In this document: one piece after another, positions 24,860 to 34,492 of the stretch | How positions within the stretch are numbered: the stretch's first letter is position 1 | Layout: every line of letters begins with the position of its first letter | DNA from: a phage | Length of the DNA stretch: 42,242 nt | Sequence record: PX871047.1 | Direction: 5' to 3' (one strand) | The notes under the pieces: generated by a model | Seen by the model: only the letters and a program-made list of their open reading frames with translations | Database searches by the model: none | What the model was told of the DNA's origin: nothing | Program-made: the position numbers and the translations under genes

Positions 24860-27402
24860 TATTACATTACACCCGTAACGAAGACGGTACTTTTGACCGC
24901 AAACGGTATAACGTACCTCCGATGGAATACGTCGTTGCTAACATCCCAGACGGGGTACCTGTGCGTATTTACCGCGGCGAGATTGGTGATGATACAGACG
25001 TAACGGAAAACTTCGAAGCGCTGAAAGAAGATGACGTTTTCCATATCATCGAGGGCGCTGGCGGCGGTGGTGGTTTTCTTGGTAAACTCCTGGACCCTTT
25101 GGGTGTGCTTAAATTTGTTACCAAGTTGATTTCTCCGTCGCAGAAAACGCCTAAAACGAGTTTAGCGAACCAGCAGGCGGAGTCTCCAAACAACAGCCTG
25201 ACGGACCGAAACAATAAACCGCGTCCGTATGAACGGTCGTATGATATTTGCGGCAGGGTCCAGACTATCCCTAATGACCTCATGACTACGTATAAGGTCT
25301 TCAATGACGCAGGTGTGGTAGTCGAATACGGCTACTATGACGCCGGTCGTGGGTATCTTGATATTAAAGCCGAAGACATCACCGACGGCGATACTAAAGT
25401 GCAGGAGATTACAGGAACTTCTGTAGCGGTATACGCCCCATTTACATCCCCTAACAATACAAATACGCCTCAGCTTCTGGTGGGGGACCCTATCAATCAG
25501 AATCTGTACATAACTATTGCCTCGAACGAGGTAGATGGGGCCGTTCTTAAAGCGCAGAACGATATCAGGGTTAATCCCAGTGATACCGGTGAGATTTCAT
25601 TGCAGGGGGCAACTGGTGTCGTCCGCGATAACACTGGCGACTCTGCTTTCTCTGAGATTTTATCGGTTGGGGACATAGCTGTTTTTAACCTTATTCTGGT
25701 AAAAGACGTGGCTAACGTCAGTGGTAGCTATACTGTTACATACGTAGATGACTTTGAGGTAAGAGTAGCCGCCGGAGGGGTGTTGTCAGAATGGCAAAAA
25801 TTGCCATCGGGGTTCACTCCTTTAACGCAAGGTACCGAAGCATGGATTTCACCGTCGAACACTTACGATAAGTCGTTAACGGACTGGACTACTTTAAACC
25901 GCCTGGAAGTTGAACGCGTAGTAGCCAACATCGCGGCCGCGAATGGTATGTATAAAGACAACGGCAGTAAATTGCGCACGTCGGTAACTGTCGAGCTTCA
26001 GTATCAACTCCTTGATGAAACTGGCGTGCCGTACGGGGATGTTTACTCAAAACAGGCCGTTATATCAGGTCGTTCTGCGGATTACACAGGTGTTACTATT
26101 TACGCCGACTTGCCCATGCGGTCGAAAGTTAGGGTACGGGCCCGCCGTGTTACTAACCTTGACCTTAGTTTCGAGGGGACCGTGGTAGACGAGGTTTCCT
26201 ACATCAACCTTTATGGGCAGGTACGCGACACTACACCGCATTACGGCAACCGTACTACCGTGCACTCCGCACGTAAGCAGACGCCGCGGGCCGCGGAGAT
26301 TAAGCAGCCGCAACTACGTATGGTTGCCACAGAGATGGTGTACAAATACCTCGGCAACGGCGTATTCGACACGGTTATGACACCGAATACTCAGGCGATT
26401 CAGTCCTTAATCCGTCTTGCCCGCGACCCGGTAGTAGGTAATCTCAACCTAACCACATCCAATATGGACAAGTTGTTAGCGACTCAGAACGAGATAGAAA
26501 ACTATTTCGGTAACGCAGAGGCTGGTCAATTCTGCTACACTTTTGACGATTATAAAATGACTATGCAGGACATAATCAGCACAATAGCCGACGCTATTTT
26601 CTGCACACCATATCGTAAAGGGCAAGACATATTACTGGATTTCGAGCGCCCTCGTATGGGGCCGGAGATGGTATTCACCCACCGCAGCAAAACTACCGCG
26701 GCGGAGAAGTGGACGCGCACGTTTAACGACGCACAGGTATACGATAGTCTCAAGTTTTCATACATCGACCCAGATACTAACGTCAAAGAGACTATTAGCA
26801 TCCCGGCCGAAGGAGGTGTTAATACCGAAACGTACGACTCTAAGGGTATCCGTAACTATCGACAGGCGTACTGGGCAGCTTATCGACGTTACCAGAAAAA
26901 CTTGTTGAAGAAAGTCACGGTGTCCTTTACGGCGACAGAAGAAGGAGTTTTTGTGCTGCCTGGTCGCGCAATAAGCGTCGTTAAAGGTTCGCGCGTAGCG
27001 CCTCAAGACGGCTATGTTGTTGCCGTTAATGGTCTTACTCTGACTTTATCACAGCCGGTTACTTTTACCCCCGGAGACGACCACTCATTGATTCTTAAGA
27101 AGCGTGACGGTGGTGTTCAAAGTGTTGCCGTTGTGCCCGGAAGCCACGACCGTGAAGTGGTTATGCTCTCTGCGCCTCAGGAGGCGATATACACAGGGAA
27201 TAGCGCACTAAAAACTGAGTTTTCATTCGGCAACGAAGCAAGGCATAATGCTCAGATGATTCTTGTTTCTACAGTTGACCCTGGAGACGACAGAACGGTT
27301 AAGATTACTGGGATTAACTACGAAGCAGATTTCTATAAATACGACGGCGTCGCACCTTTCGGTAGCGGTTTCTCCGGCGGATTCAGCAACGGTTTTAGTT
27401 AA
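24850..27402 (+). CDS. tail tip / central tail fibre protein (putative)
   Basis: Large ORF in tail-tip cluster; TTG at 24850 after GGAGAT; alternative ATG 24922; track ORF begins 24775. Confidence 0.5.
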   Translation: MALILHYTRNEDGTFDRKRYNVPPMEYVVANIPDGVPVRIYRGEIGDDTDVTENFEALKEDDVFHIIEGAGGGGGFLGKLLDPLGVLKFVTKLISPSQKTPKTSLANQQAESPNNSLTDRNNKPRPYERSYDICGRVQTIPNDLMTTYKVFNDAGVVVEYGYYDAGRGYLDIKAEDITDGDTKVQEITGTSVAVYAPFTSPNNTNTPQLLVGDPINQNLYITIASNEVDGAVLKAQNDIRVNPSDTGEISLQGATGVVRDNTGDSAFSEILSVGDIAVFNLILVKDVANVSGSYTVTYVDDFEVRVAAGGVLSEWQKLPSGFTPLTQGTEAWISPSNTYDKSLTDWTTLNRLEVERVVANIAAANGMYKDNGSKLRTSVTVELQYQLLDETGVPYGDVYSKQAVISGRSADYTGVTIYADLPMRSKVRVRARRVTNLDLSFEGTVVDEVSYINLYGQVRDTTPHYGNRTTVHSARKQTPRAAEIKQPQLRMVATEMVYKYLGNGVFDTVMTPNTQAIQSLIRLARDPVVGNLNLTTSNMDKLLATQNEIENYFGNAEAGQFCYTFDDYKMTMQDIISTIADAIFCTPYRKGQDILLDFERPRMGPEMVFTHRSKTTAAEKWTRTFNDAQVYDSLKFSYIDPDTNVKETISIPAEGGVNTETYDSKGIRNYRQAYWAAYRRYQKNLLKKVTVSFTATEEGVFVLPGRAISVVKGSRVAPQDGYVVAVNGLTLTLSQPVTFTPGDDHSLILKKRDGGVQSVAVVPGSHDREVVMLSAPQEAIYTGNSALKTEFSFGNEARHNAQMILVSTVDPGDDRTVKITGINYEADFYKYDGVAPFGSGFSGGFSNGFS

Positions 27403-27414
27403 AGAGGACTCTAT

Positions 27415-29229
27415 ATGTCAAGCGGATGCGGTGACGTTTTAAGCCTGGCGGATTTACAAACCGCCAAGAAACACCAGATTTTCGAAGCCGAGGTTATCAC
27501 CGGTAAATCCGGCGGCGTTGCTACGGGTGCCGATATTGATTACGCAACCGATGCTGTTACAGGGCAAACCCAGAAAACACTCCCCGCCGTGTTGCGTGAT
27601 GCCGTATTTACTCCGGTTGCGTGGGATTTCTCTACAGGCGGTACGTTAACAGTTAATGACCGCAACAAAGTGGTTTATGACCCGGTGAGCAAAACGTGGT
27701 ACTCGTATGCAGGTACGTTGCCGGTTGTTGTCCCGGCATCGTTTAACCCGGTTGGTAATGCTAACTGGAAGCCACAGACCGACCCTGACTTACGACAGGA
27801 TTTAGCGGCTACTACCGCGCAGAAAGGAGCAAGCCTTGTCGGATATAAATCACCAGTAGCAGGCTCCGTAGCTACGACCTTGCAGTCAAAAGAATCGGAA
27901 TACGTCTCTGTGTATGACTTCGGGGCGAAAGCTGAACCCGGATTTGATAATGCCACGGCATTTGCATTAGTAAAAACTGCCGCGGAAGCAGGTATTACAA
28001 TTTTGTTCCCAGCTGGGACTTATGAAACATCATCCGAGCTTACATTCACGTCAGCAGTTAAACTTGTGGGTATGCCTGGTACACGTATTAAGATAACTGC
28101 ACCAGGAAAAGCTCATGTCATGTGCATTGACCTTCGCGGCCCAGTTGGTGATTACTGGGGTTACGGGGTGCACCTGGAAAACTTCATTCTTGACGGTAAT
28201 GGTAATGCGGTAGATGGATTATCTCTGCGCGGTGTTATCTCATCACGCTTTGTTAATATACGTGCTACTAACGTTACTCGTGCCGGTTTACATCGTTGGT
28301 GGACTCAATTATGTACCTTTGAGAATTTCCAGTGCTCATCTAACGTTGAAGCATTTACTACTACACCTGTTTACGGAATCCTCACTGACTGTGAGTTTGA
28401 TACCGGAAATGACCGTGGAAGCTCTGCAGATACGATTACTAACCCAGAAATAGAGCATGTATCCGGTACAGGCATATGTGGGGTGTTTGAGTCAAACTCC
28501 GTATACATAAACGGTACATCTGAAGGTAATAATATCGGAATAGCTTTCGGTAATACTGATAGCCGAAACCAGTCTGTTAGTAATACTGTAATAGGTATGG
28601 ACCTTGAGGTTAACACGGCTACAGATATTCTACTTTATTCGAACACCTATGCTAACGACTTCATTGGTTTGAAGGCAGGATATAACTCTCCTAGCATCCA
28701 GGTACAAGGTTCTTTTGGGAATAAGTGGCTTGGCGGTTCATGTGCTGGTATTGATTTTTATAGCGAGTCCCATGATAACAGAGTGTATGGTGTTTCACTG
28801 TTAGGCGAGGGGGCTGTAATAACAGATGCGGGGAGCCGCAACAAATACACTGATTGTTTTAATATTTCTACAGCAGCGGTCTCTGTATCAACAAACCCTT
28901 ACCCAAACCGCGGTAATAATGTTCTTGCTGCGAATGCCACCGCAACGATTGACCCTTACCGAGATAATCTTACTGTTGTTACCGCAACAAGTAGCCCTAT
29001 TAATATTGTGTCCTCAACTACACCACTGGACGGCGCAAGAATGGATTTGGTAATCCATAATAAAACTGGGTCGGATACCTTAGTTATCAACTGGTCTTCT
29101 GCGTTCAGGGTTGCTGGTTTTACAGCCCCCGCTGCCGGGAGACATCGTGGTATTTCCCTGGTCTATGATGCCAACTATGGCTACTGGTGTGTTGTTGGGA
29201 TGGCAACGGCTGACGCAGTTAGCGTATAA
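27415..29229 (+). CDS. tailspike / receptor-binding depolymerase with right-handed beta-helix fold
   Basis: VSVYDFGAKAEPGFDNATAFALVKTAAEAGITILFPAGTY resembles N-terminus of pectate-lyase-type beta-helix domains; AAAGAGGA RBS. Confidence 0.6.
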   Translation: MSSGCGDVLSLADLQTAKKHQIFEAEVITGKSGGVATGADIDYATDAVTGQTQKTLPAVLRDAVFTPVAWDFSTGGTLTVNDRNKVVYDPVSKTWYSYAGTLPVVVPASFNPVGNANWKPQTDPDLRQDLAATTAQKGASLVGYKSPVAGSVATTLQSKESEYVSVYDFGAKAEPGFDNATAFALVKTAAEAGITILFPAGTYETSSELTFTSAVKLVGMPGTRIKITAPGKAHVMCIDLRGPVGDYWGYGVHLENFILDGNGNAVDGLSLRGVISSRFVNIRATNVTRAGLHRWWTQLCTFENFQCSSNVEAFTTTPVYGILTDCEFDTGNDRGSSADTITNPEIEHVSGTGICGVFESNSVYINGTSEGNNIGIAFGNTDSRNQSVSNTVIGMDLEVNTATDILLYSNTYANDFIGLKAGYNSPSIQVQGSFGNKWLGGSCAGIDFYSESHDNRVYGVSLLGEGAVITDAGSRNKYTDCFNISTAAVSVSTNPYPNRGNNVLAANATATIDPYRDNLTVVTATSSPINIVSSTTPLDGARMDLVIHNKTGSDTLVINWSSAFRVAGFTAPAAGRHRGISLVYDANYGYWCVVGMATADAVSV

Positions 29230-29234
29230 AACTA

Positions 29235-29260
29235 AGGCCCCGTCTGGGGCCTTTTTTTTT
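29235..29260. terminator. bidirectional intrinsic terminator
   Basis: AGGCCCC / GGGGCCT stem followed by eight T; A-rich upstream. Confidence 0.8.
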
Positions 29261-29398
29261 CTACTCTTCTGATAACTTCTCCAGTACAAACGCCAGTTGC
29301 GCGTTGGCGGCGTCTCTTTGCTGCCGTAATCGTAGGACCTCTTCTTCAAGTTCCTTGATACGTTTTTGCAATGCTGGAATCGGGGCTATGATGTTCAT
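29261..29398 (-). CDS. hypothetical small coiled-coil protein (45 aa)
   Basis: ATGA coupling to upstream gene; ends at terminator; below track cut-off. Confidence 0.35.
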   Translation of the reverse strand: MNIIAPIPALQKRIKELEEEVLRLRQQRDAANAQLAFVLEKLSEE

Positions 29399-29580
29399 TT
29401 CTTACCTTCGCTTTTCTTGAAACTGCGCTTTATATCCGGCGGAGTGTAGCATCGTGAATTTTCGTACTTACCGTCCGAGCTTACCAAAACAAAGCTGTTG
29501 CCGTCTTTTGATATGTACTCGATGGTGAAAGTATTGAATGAATGTACGCTGTATATTTCGTCTCCAACATTAAGTTTCAT
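29395..29580 (-). CDS. hypothetical protein
   Basis: Track ORF, coupled to helicase gene. Confidence 0.45.
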   Translation of the reverse strand: MKLNVGDEIYSVHSFNTFTIEYISKDGNSFVLVSSDGKYENSRCYTPPDIKRSFKKSEGKK

Positions 29581-31007
29581 TTCTTACTCCTACGTTTCAT
29601 GTAATTAAGCAGCTCTTCCTGTACAGATTTCTTCTCATCTGTACGCGCGGCAACAACCTCGTCCAGCGTGTCTTTAGCAACGATGTGATAGAGAAACACC
29701 GGGCGCTCGTGGCCTGCCTGTTTCTGGCGGACCGGGCCTATACGCTCGACAACCTGCAAATAGTGCTCAAGGTTCCAGCCTTGCGAGATGAACGCCAGAT
29801 GATGTCCGCCATCCTGTAAATTCAAACCATGCCCGGCTGACGCAGGGTGTACGCATAAGATTTCTATTTCGCCGCGGTTCCACGCTTCCATCTGCTTATT
29901 ACCCTTAGCACCTTTGGCAAACGCCTGTGCTTGCGGGAATCGTTTAAGGATGCGCTCCAGTTCGTGCTTGAACTGATAGGCTACCAGTAGCGGCGCGCCC
30001 TGTAACTCCTCAACAATTGACTCCAGCGCATCCAGTTTCGTGTCGTGCACTTTCTCCCAGTCTTTTGTCGCTTCTCCGTCTGGTCCCGACACATATACGG
30101 CACCGGATGCAATCTGCAAACACTTCGACGTCTTCGCTGCCGCGTTAGCTGCCTCAACTTCTCCGCTCTCCAGTTCCGCAAATAACTTCTCCTCCATATC
30201 TATGTACGCCTGACGCGCTTTCTTCGGCAGGTCGATTTCAACAGGTACGATAACCGGCGCTTCGCATCCGAACCACTCAGCGGCGTCAATCGTGAGACTG
30301 ATGTCCTTCATCTTCTGGTGGATTTCAGTATCCGCACCCGGGCGGGCGTGGTACTCACGTGCCATAGCCGATTTGCCTTTTTGCACCGAGTTAAACCAGC
30401 GGTCGGTGAATGCCGTGTACGATGAACCAAGTCGCTCGCCTGCGTCGATAAACCAGTTCTGCCCCCACAGGTCTTTGAGGCCGTTTGGCGACGGCGTACC
30501 TGTCAGGTTAATGAACCGCTTAACCTTGCCGAACGCCACTTTGCTGAGTGCCTTCGCGCGCTTGCTGCCGCCAGAACGGCTACGGAAAGATTTAAGTTTC
30601 GTGCTTTCATCGGCAACGATAACCGTAAAAGGCCAGTCGTCTTTGCCGTAGTAGTCAATCAGCCACTCGATAACTTCGTAGTTCGTACACACTACGTTAG
30701 CATCCGACTCCAGCGCCGCGATGCGGCGCTTCTCTGAACCAGTCGCATCGACGACACGCAGACAAGGGAAGTTCCAACGTGCCTGTTCCGCGGGCCACGT
30801 ACCTGACGCAACACGTAAAGGGGCAAGAATTAACACTCGGTCGTCGTCATTAAGTTGCCCATTACGGAACAGTCGATTGAGAACCCACAACGTTGACCCC
30901 GACTTGCCGCTGCCCATCGAAGCCCAAATATTACAGCGAGGGTGCCGCAGCATGAACGAAGTCATGAGCTTTTGGTACTCTCGACGGATAAATTTAGACA
31001 TAATCAA
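29577..31007 (-). CDS. SNF2/DEAD-like superfamily 2 helicase
   Basis: Walker A MGSGKSGST, motif II VADEST, C-terminal helicase-C-like region. Confidence 0.7.
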   Translation of the reverse strand: MIMSKFIRREYQKLMTSFMLRHPRCNIWASMGSGKSGSTLWVLNRLFRNGQLNDDDRVLILAPLRVASGTWPAEQARWNFPCLRVVDATGSEKRRIAALESDANVVCTNYEVIEWLIDYYGKDDWPFTVIVADESTKLKSFRSRSGGSKRAKALSKVAFGKVKRFINLTGTPSPNGLKDLWGQNWFIDAGERLGSSYTAFTDRWFNSVQKGKSAMAREYHARPGADTEIHQKMKDISLTIDAAEWFGCEAPVIVPVEIDLPKKARQAYIDMEEKLFAELESGEVEAANAAAKTSKCLQIASGAVYVSGPDGEATKDWEKVHDTKLDALESIVEELQGAPLLVAYQFKHELERILKRFPQAQAFAKGAKGNKQMEAWNRGEIEILCVHPASAGHGLNLQDGGHHLAFISQGWNLEHYLQVVERIGPVRQKQAGHERPVFLYHIVAKDTLDEVVAARTDEKKSVQEELLNYMKRRSKK

Positions 31008-31198
31008 CCCTTAACGTAGAGCACCAGCTCTTTACGCCCGAACGCCGTAACGTTACCCGTTACATCTTCGATAACCAGTTTACCGTTCGACTCGACGAAC
31101 ACCGTATCAACGGCAACCGGACGTCGGGTCTTAACGTTGAAAATCATGTCGCCCGGTACGATGTCACGTGCGGGTTTGCGGTCATATTCGTGTTTCAT
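31004..31198 (-). CDS. hypothetical protein
   Basis: Track ORF, ATGA-coupled to helicase. Confidence 0.45.
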   Translation of the reverse strand: MKHEYDRKPARDIVPGDMIFNVKTRRPVAVDTVFVESNGKLVIEDVTGNVTAFGRKELVLYVKG

Positions 31199-31237
31199 TT
31201 CTCAATTCCTTATAGTTAAGGCCCCGAAGGGCCTGTA

Positions 31238-31492
31238 TTAGTTAGATAATTCGCCTTGAACTTGCTTAATAAGTTCTCTGGCCGTTGTGAAGTCTACGGA
31301 CAGCCCTTTAGCGACGTCTTCCGCAAGCACCTTGTGGCCAACTGACCCGAAGCCCAGGATACGGTTTACTTCCGAAACCTTCATAGACCATGAGTAATTA
31401 ACTGACGCCCCTGTGTATTTACCGATACGAACAGATGAATCGATTGAACCAATAATCATGGTGTTTACTGACAGTTGAAGTTCGATAGCCAT
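31238..31492 (-). CDS. hypothetical protein
   Basis: Track ORF with own consensus promoter 31527-31555. Confidence 0.5.
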   Translation of the reverse strand: MAIELQLSVNTMIIGSIDSSVRIGKYTGASVNYSWSMKVSEVNRILGFGSVGHKVLAEDVAKGLSVDFTTARELIKQVQGELSN

Positions 31493-31493
31493 T

Positions 31494-31808
31494 TTATAAT
31501 TCCTTATATTGTTGAGGTATGTGCTTACTATAATAGTCTGCTATTAGGGTGTCAATCTGTTTTATCGAACCAACGACAAAAACATTCGCGCCACGTTTAC
31601 GCATCCGCTCGTGCTCGCGTAACTGGTGTGGGTCTGGCTTCGTGCTTTCATCTTTCTTAACCTCAACGAACCAGATGATGCCGCCGGGGAGGATTACCAA
31701 CAGGTCGGGCGCTCCGTTTCGGCCCTCATACACTATCTTACGAACGAGGCCCCCCAGGGCCTCGAATCGGTCTTTCGCGTATTTCTGTACGCGGCCCTCT
31801 TTAGTCAT
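31494..31808 (-). CDS. VRR-NUC domain nuclease
   Basis: GAPDLLVILPGG..WFVEVK...QL pattern typical of VRR-NUC; ATG 31808 coupled to upstream micro-ORF (track ORF begins at TTG 31823). Confidence 0.6.
   Translation of the reverse strand: MTKEGRVQKYAKDRFEALGGLVRKIVYEGRNGAPDLLVILPGGIIWFVEVKKDESTKPDPHQLREHERMRKRGANVFVVGSIKQIDTLIADYYSKHIPQQYKEL
31527..31555 (-). promoter_or_regulatory. promoter with embedded AATAG-N4-CTATT dyad (type B)
   Basis: Minus strand TTGACA - 17 nt - TATAGT; dyad 31532-31545. Confidence 0.6.
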
Positions 31809-31957
31809 GGGCGTAGAACCCAAGTAAGGAAAGCCCCTCCTAGAACGGCAACACCGACAAACTTAAAGAACAGGCCATAACAGAACATCGTGGCTATTCC
31901 CGCCCCGAGTAACAGTGCAAGCATGGTTACTATTGCCCAAAATACAAACATTGTCAT
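31805..31957 (-). CDS. small membrane protein (50 aa)
   Basis: GAGGGG before ATG; two hydrophobic segments; ATGA-coupled at both ends. Confidence 0.4.
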   Translation of the reverse strand: MTMFVFWAIVTMLALLLGAGIATMFCYGLFFKFVGVAVLGGAFLTWVLRP

Positions 31958-32043
31958 AATACACACCCCTCACGTTTCGTGTGCTCAATCCCGCAGCGCG
32001 GACAGATTCGACAGTCTTCTTCATAGAACCAGTAGATTTTCAT
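31954..32043 (-). CDS. Cys-rich micro-protein (29 aa)
   Basis: MKIYWFYEEDCRICPRCGIEHTKREGCVL; ATGA-coupled at both ends. Confidence 0.3.
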   Translation of the reverse strand: MKIYWFYEEDCRICPRCGIEHTKREGCVL

Positions 32044-32171
32044 TCCAGCACCCACAGATAAATTGCGATGAACATACCTAATACGGCTACAATCATGCCG
32101 TATTGGCCCTCGTGACAGTAGACACCGGCGGCAAATCCCGCCAGTACTGTGATAATCAGTTTACTTAGCAT
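32040..32171 (-). CDS. small membrane protein (43 aa)
   Basis: Start overlaps 3' end of polymerase gene; hydrophobic; ATGA-coupled downstream. Confidence 0.35.
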   Translation of the reverse strand: MLSKLIITVLAGFAAGVYCHEGQYGMIVAVLGMFIAIYLWVLE

Positions 32172-34434
32172 AACGGTACACCTCTCCCCCAGCCCATGTT
32201 AACGGGAACCCTTCGGCCCACTCAGGTAATGAGCATAGCAGGTCACCCATCTCTTTAACCGTGTACTCTGGCGTGTCTGGCGTTTCGGCAACACATTCGT
32301 CATGTACGTGGAGTACAATTGGGTAGCCCGCCGCCTCGACCGTCAGGAGTCCGTTAACCAGTAAATCACGGCACAACGCCTGGATGATGTTTTCACACAA
32401 TTTTCCGCCGTGTGTGTACAAAGTTGTCCACTGGCGGGTGGTCTGATTTTCGCCCTGGTATTTAATGCGAACGTTAGTTGTTACACGCCCGTCCTCGTCG
32501 GTCTCTTTAGTGACGCTTAAGCCTATGCCAGGGTAGGACATGATGCGCCCCGACGGCAGCTCCACGCACAACCACCAACCTGGCACAAAGTTACCTTGTC
32601 TGTCTTTCTCCTTAGTACGCCAGATGCGAATAGCTCTGTCGCCGTTGGGGCGGACTCTGGCCCCCGCCCAAAACTCTCGTCCCGGATTTCTAATTGCAGC
32701 AATCACCGAATCCTTAAGGTCGTTCCAGAATTTCACTGTTTCCGGATGGGCCTCACGCCACATGCGCTTGATAGCATCGCAAGTGCGCCAGACTTCTTTA
32801 GGCAGCACATAAGAGGCCCGTTCATCCTTTTTACCGGGTTTTGGGGGCCGCTTAGCCTCCTGAATCCGCGCCCATTCATAGCCTCGGGCAGTGGCGGCCC
32901 ATATATGGTCAGGGAATGTTCCCCGCATTGTCTCCGTCATTTTAAAGAGGTCCAGCCCGTAAGTTTTAGCCATAGTCATGAAGGCCCCCACGCCCCCCTC
33001 GTAGCCGAGGCCGAGCTCGCAACATTTCCCGACCTGTCGCAGGTCTTTACGGGTGGCTTTCAGTTCTATGGGGTCCATACCAAACATCTTGCCCGCAGTG
33101 GCGCAATAAATATCAATCCCCGCGCGGAACGTCTCAAGCGCGGATGTCTCCCCCGCGGTCCAGGCCAACCCGCGCCCTTCTACGTTTGAGTAGTCGGCAA
33201 CGAGCAACTTATTACCCTTTTCAGGGATGATGCAACTGCGAACAGTCGAGGCTGTCAGCTTGGATACGTCGAAACGACGGTGCGCCCGACCCTTTAGCAG
33301 CAGATTGATGCCGAACGATAGGGGGTTGAGACGACGGTTCCAGTCTTCGTCGGACTCCCACGGCTGGCGCACAAGTTTCTTTTCCTCGTTAGTCGGGTCG
33401 TCGTGGTAGTACCCGCGCGACAGGTTCTGCGGTTGGAACCCTTTACCCGCAAATCGTAAAGTGCGCTTTGCCCCACCGTACTGGATGCAACCGCGGCGGC
33501 GGCCGTCTTTGGACCGTCCTAGCAGGAGCGGTTTGTATTTTGTCGACGCCGTGGAGGCCGCGCCGAGGCGCATCTCAATGATTGTGCGCGCATCGTCAGG
33601 TAAGTCGTCGTCCTCTAGCAAACCTTCGAGCGTTGCTTTCTGTGCATTATAGATATTGTAGGCCGGTGCCAGCTCCCGAAGGATTGGCAGGAAGTCTTTA
33701 CCCGTTAGCTTCCCGCCAAATTTAGCCCTGGCCTCGTTTTTTAGCTCTTGCTTGTGGCGTTCAACTGCTGCTACCGCCGCCTCAGCAAGAGCCGCATCAA
33801 CAAAGAAGCCTCGGTCGTTGATTAACTGGTCAAGTTCAAGTACACGGTCCTCGAAATCGGAGTTACCCCAACGTGGCAGCTTATGGAAGACTTCACGCAT
33901 CGCTGTGATGTCGCTCACGGCATACTTGATGAACAGGGCCCACTCGTCAGGGTGAGTTTCTGCGGTGTAGCGGCGGATTTTGTAGTTCTTCGGCGTCGGT
34001 TTAGAGAAACGCTTAATCAGCGCCTTGCCGCGTTTATCTTTTGCATTGTCGGCGGATACGCCCAGCACTTCGCACAATGCGTCAAGTGACCCCGGCAGCG
34101 CGTGACGAAACGCCCAAATCATCGTATCAATGGTGTTGCTTACCGGAATATCAAAGTCCCAGCAGTGCTTCATGACGAGCCTGTCGAACATTGAGCCGTT
34201 GTGCCACACCATCTTAATACGACTGTTTGGCTTAACCAGGCGGCGCAAGGCGCGATGCAAATCCCCCGGCATGTCGCTGCCGTCAGTGCAGTCCCATACC
34301 TGAACAGGCTCGTCATCAAAAGCATAGGTGCAGATGAGCACTTCGGTAGTCGGGTGTTCGGCGTAAGCATAGGAGCCGACTTTCTTCAAATCGGCTTCGG
34401 AGAAGGTTTCAAAGTCTAAGAACAGATAACTCAT
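32161..34434 (-). CDS. DNA polymerase, family A, with 3'-5' exonuclease domain
   Basis: Exo motif LFLDFETFS; pol motifs DYSNVEGR, K...LGLGYEGG, VHDECV. Confidence 0.85.
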   Translation of the reverse strand: MSYLFLDFETFSEADLKKVGSYAYAEHPTTEVLICTYAFDDEPVQVWDCTDGSDMPGDLHRALRRLVKPNSRIKMVWHNGSMFDRLVMKHCWDFDIPVSNTIDTMIWAFRHALPGSLDALCEVLGVSADNAKDKRGKALIKRFSKPTPKNYKIRRYTAETHPDEWALFIKYAVSDITAMREVFHKLPRWGNSDFEDRVLELDQLINDRGFFVDAALAEAAVAAVERHKQELKNEARAKFGGKLTGKDFLPILRELAPAYNIYNAQKATLEGLLEDDDLPDDARTIIEMRLGAASTASTKYKPLLLGRSKDGRRRGCIQYGGAKRTLRFAGKGFQPQNLSRGYYHDDPTNEEKKLVRQPWESDEDWNRRLNPLSFGINLLLKGRAHRRFDVSKLTASTVRSCIIPEKGNKLLVADYSNVEGRGLAWTAGETSALETFRAGIDIYCATAGKMFGMDPIELKATRKDLRQVGKCCELGLGYEGGVGAFMTMAKTYGLDLFKMTETMRGTFPDHIWAATARGYEWARIQEAKRPPKPGKKDERASYVLPKEVWRTCDAIKRMWREAHPETVKFWNDLKDSVIAAIRNPGREFWAGARVRPNGDRAIRIWRTKEKDRQGNFVPGWWLCVELPSGRIMSYPGIGLSVTKETDEDGRVTTNVRIKYQGENQTTRQWTTLYTHGGKLCENIIQALCRDLLVNGLLTVEAAGYPIVLHVHDECVAETPDTPEYTVKEMGDLLCSLPEWAEGFPLTWAGGEVYRYAK

Positions 34435-34453
34435 TATTTTGACCCTTAGTAAA

Positions 34454-34473
34454 AAGGCCCAATAAAGGGCCTT
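34454..34473 (-). terminator. stem-loop, probable partial terminator
   Basis: AAGGCCC / GGGCCTT stem followed on minus strand by TTTTACT; polymerase gene lies just downstream. Confidence 0.45.
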
Positions 34474-34492
34474 AATTAAACAGATTCAGATA

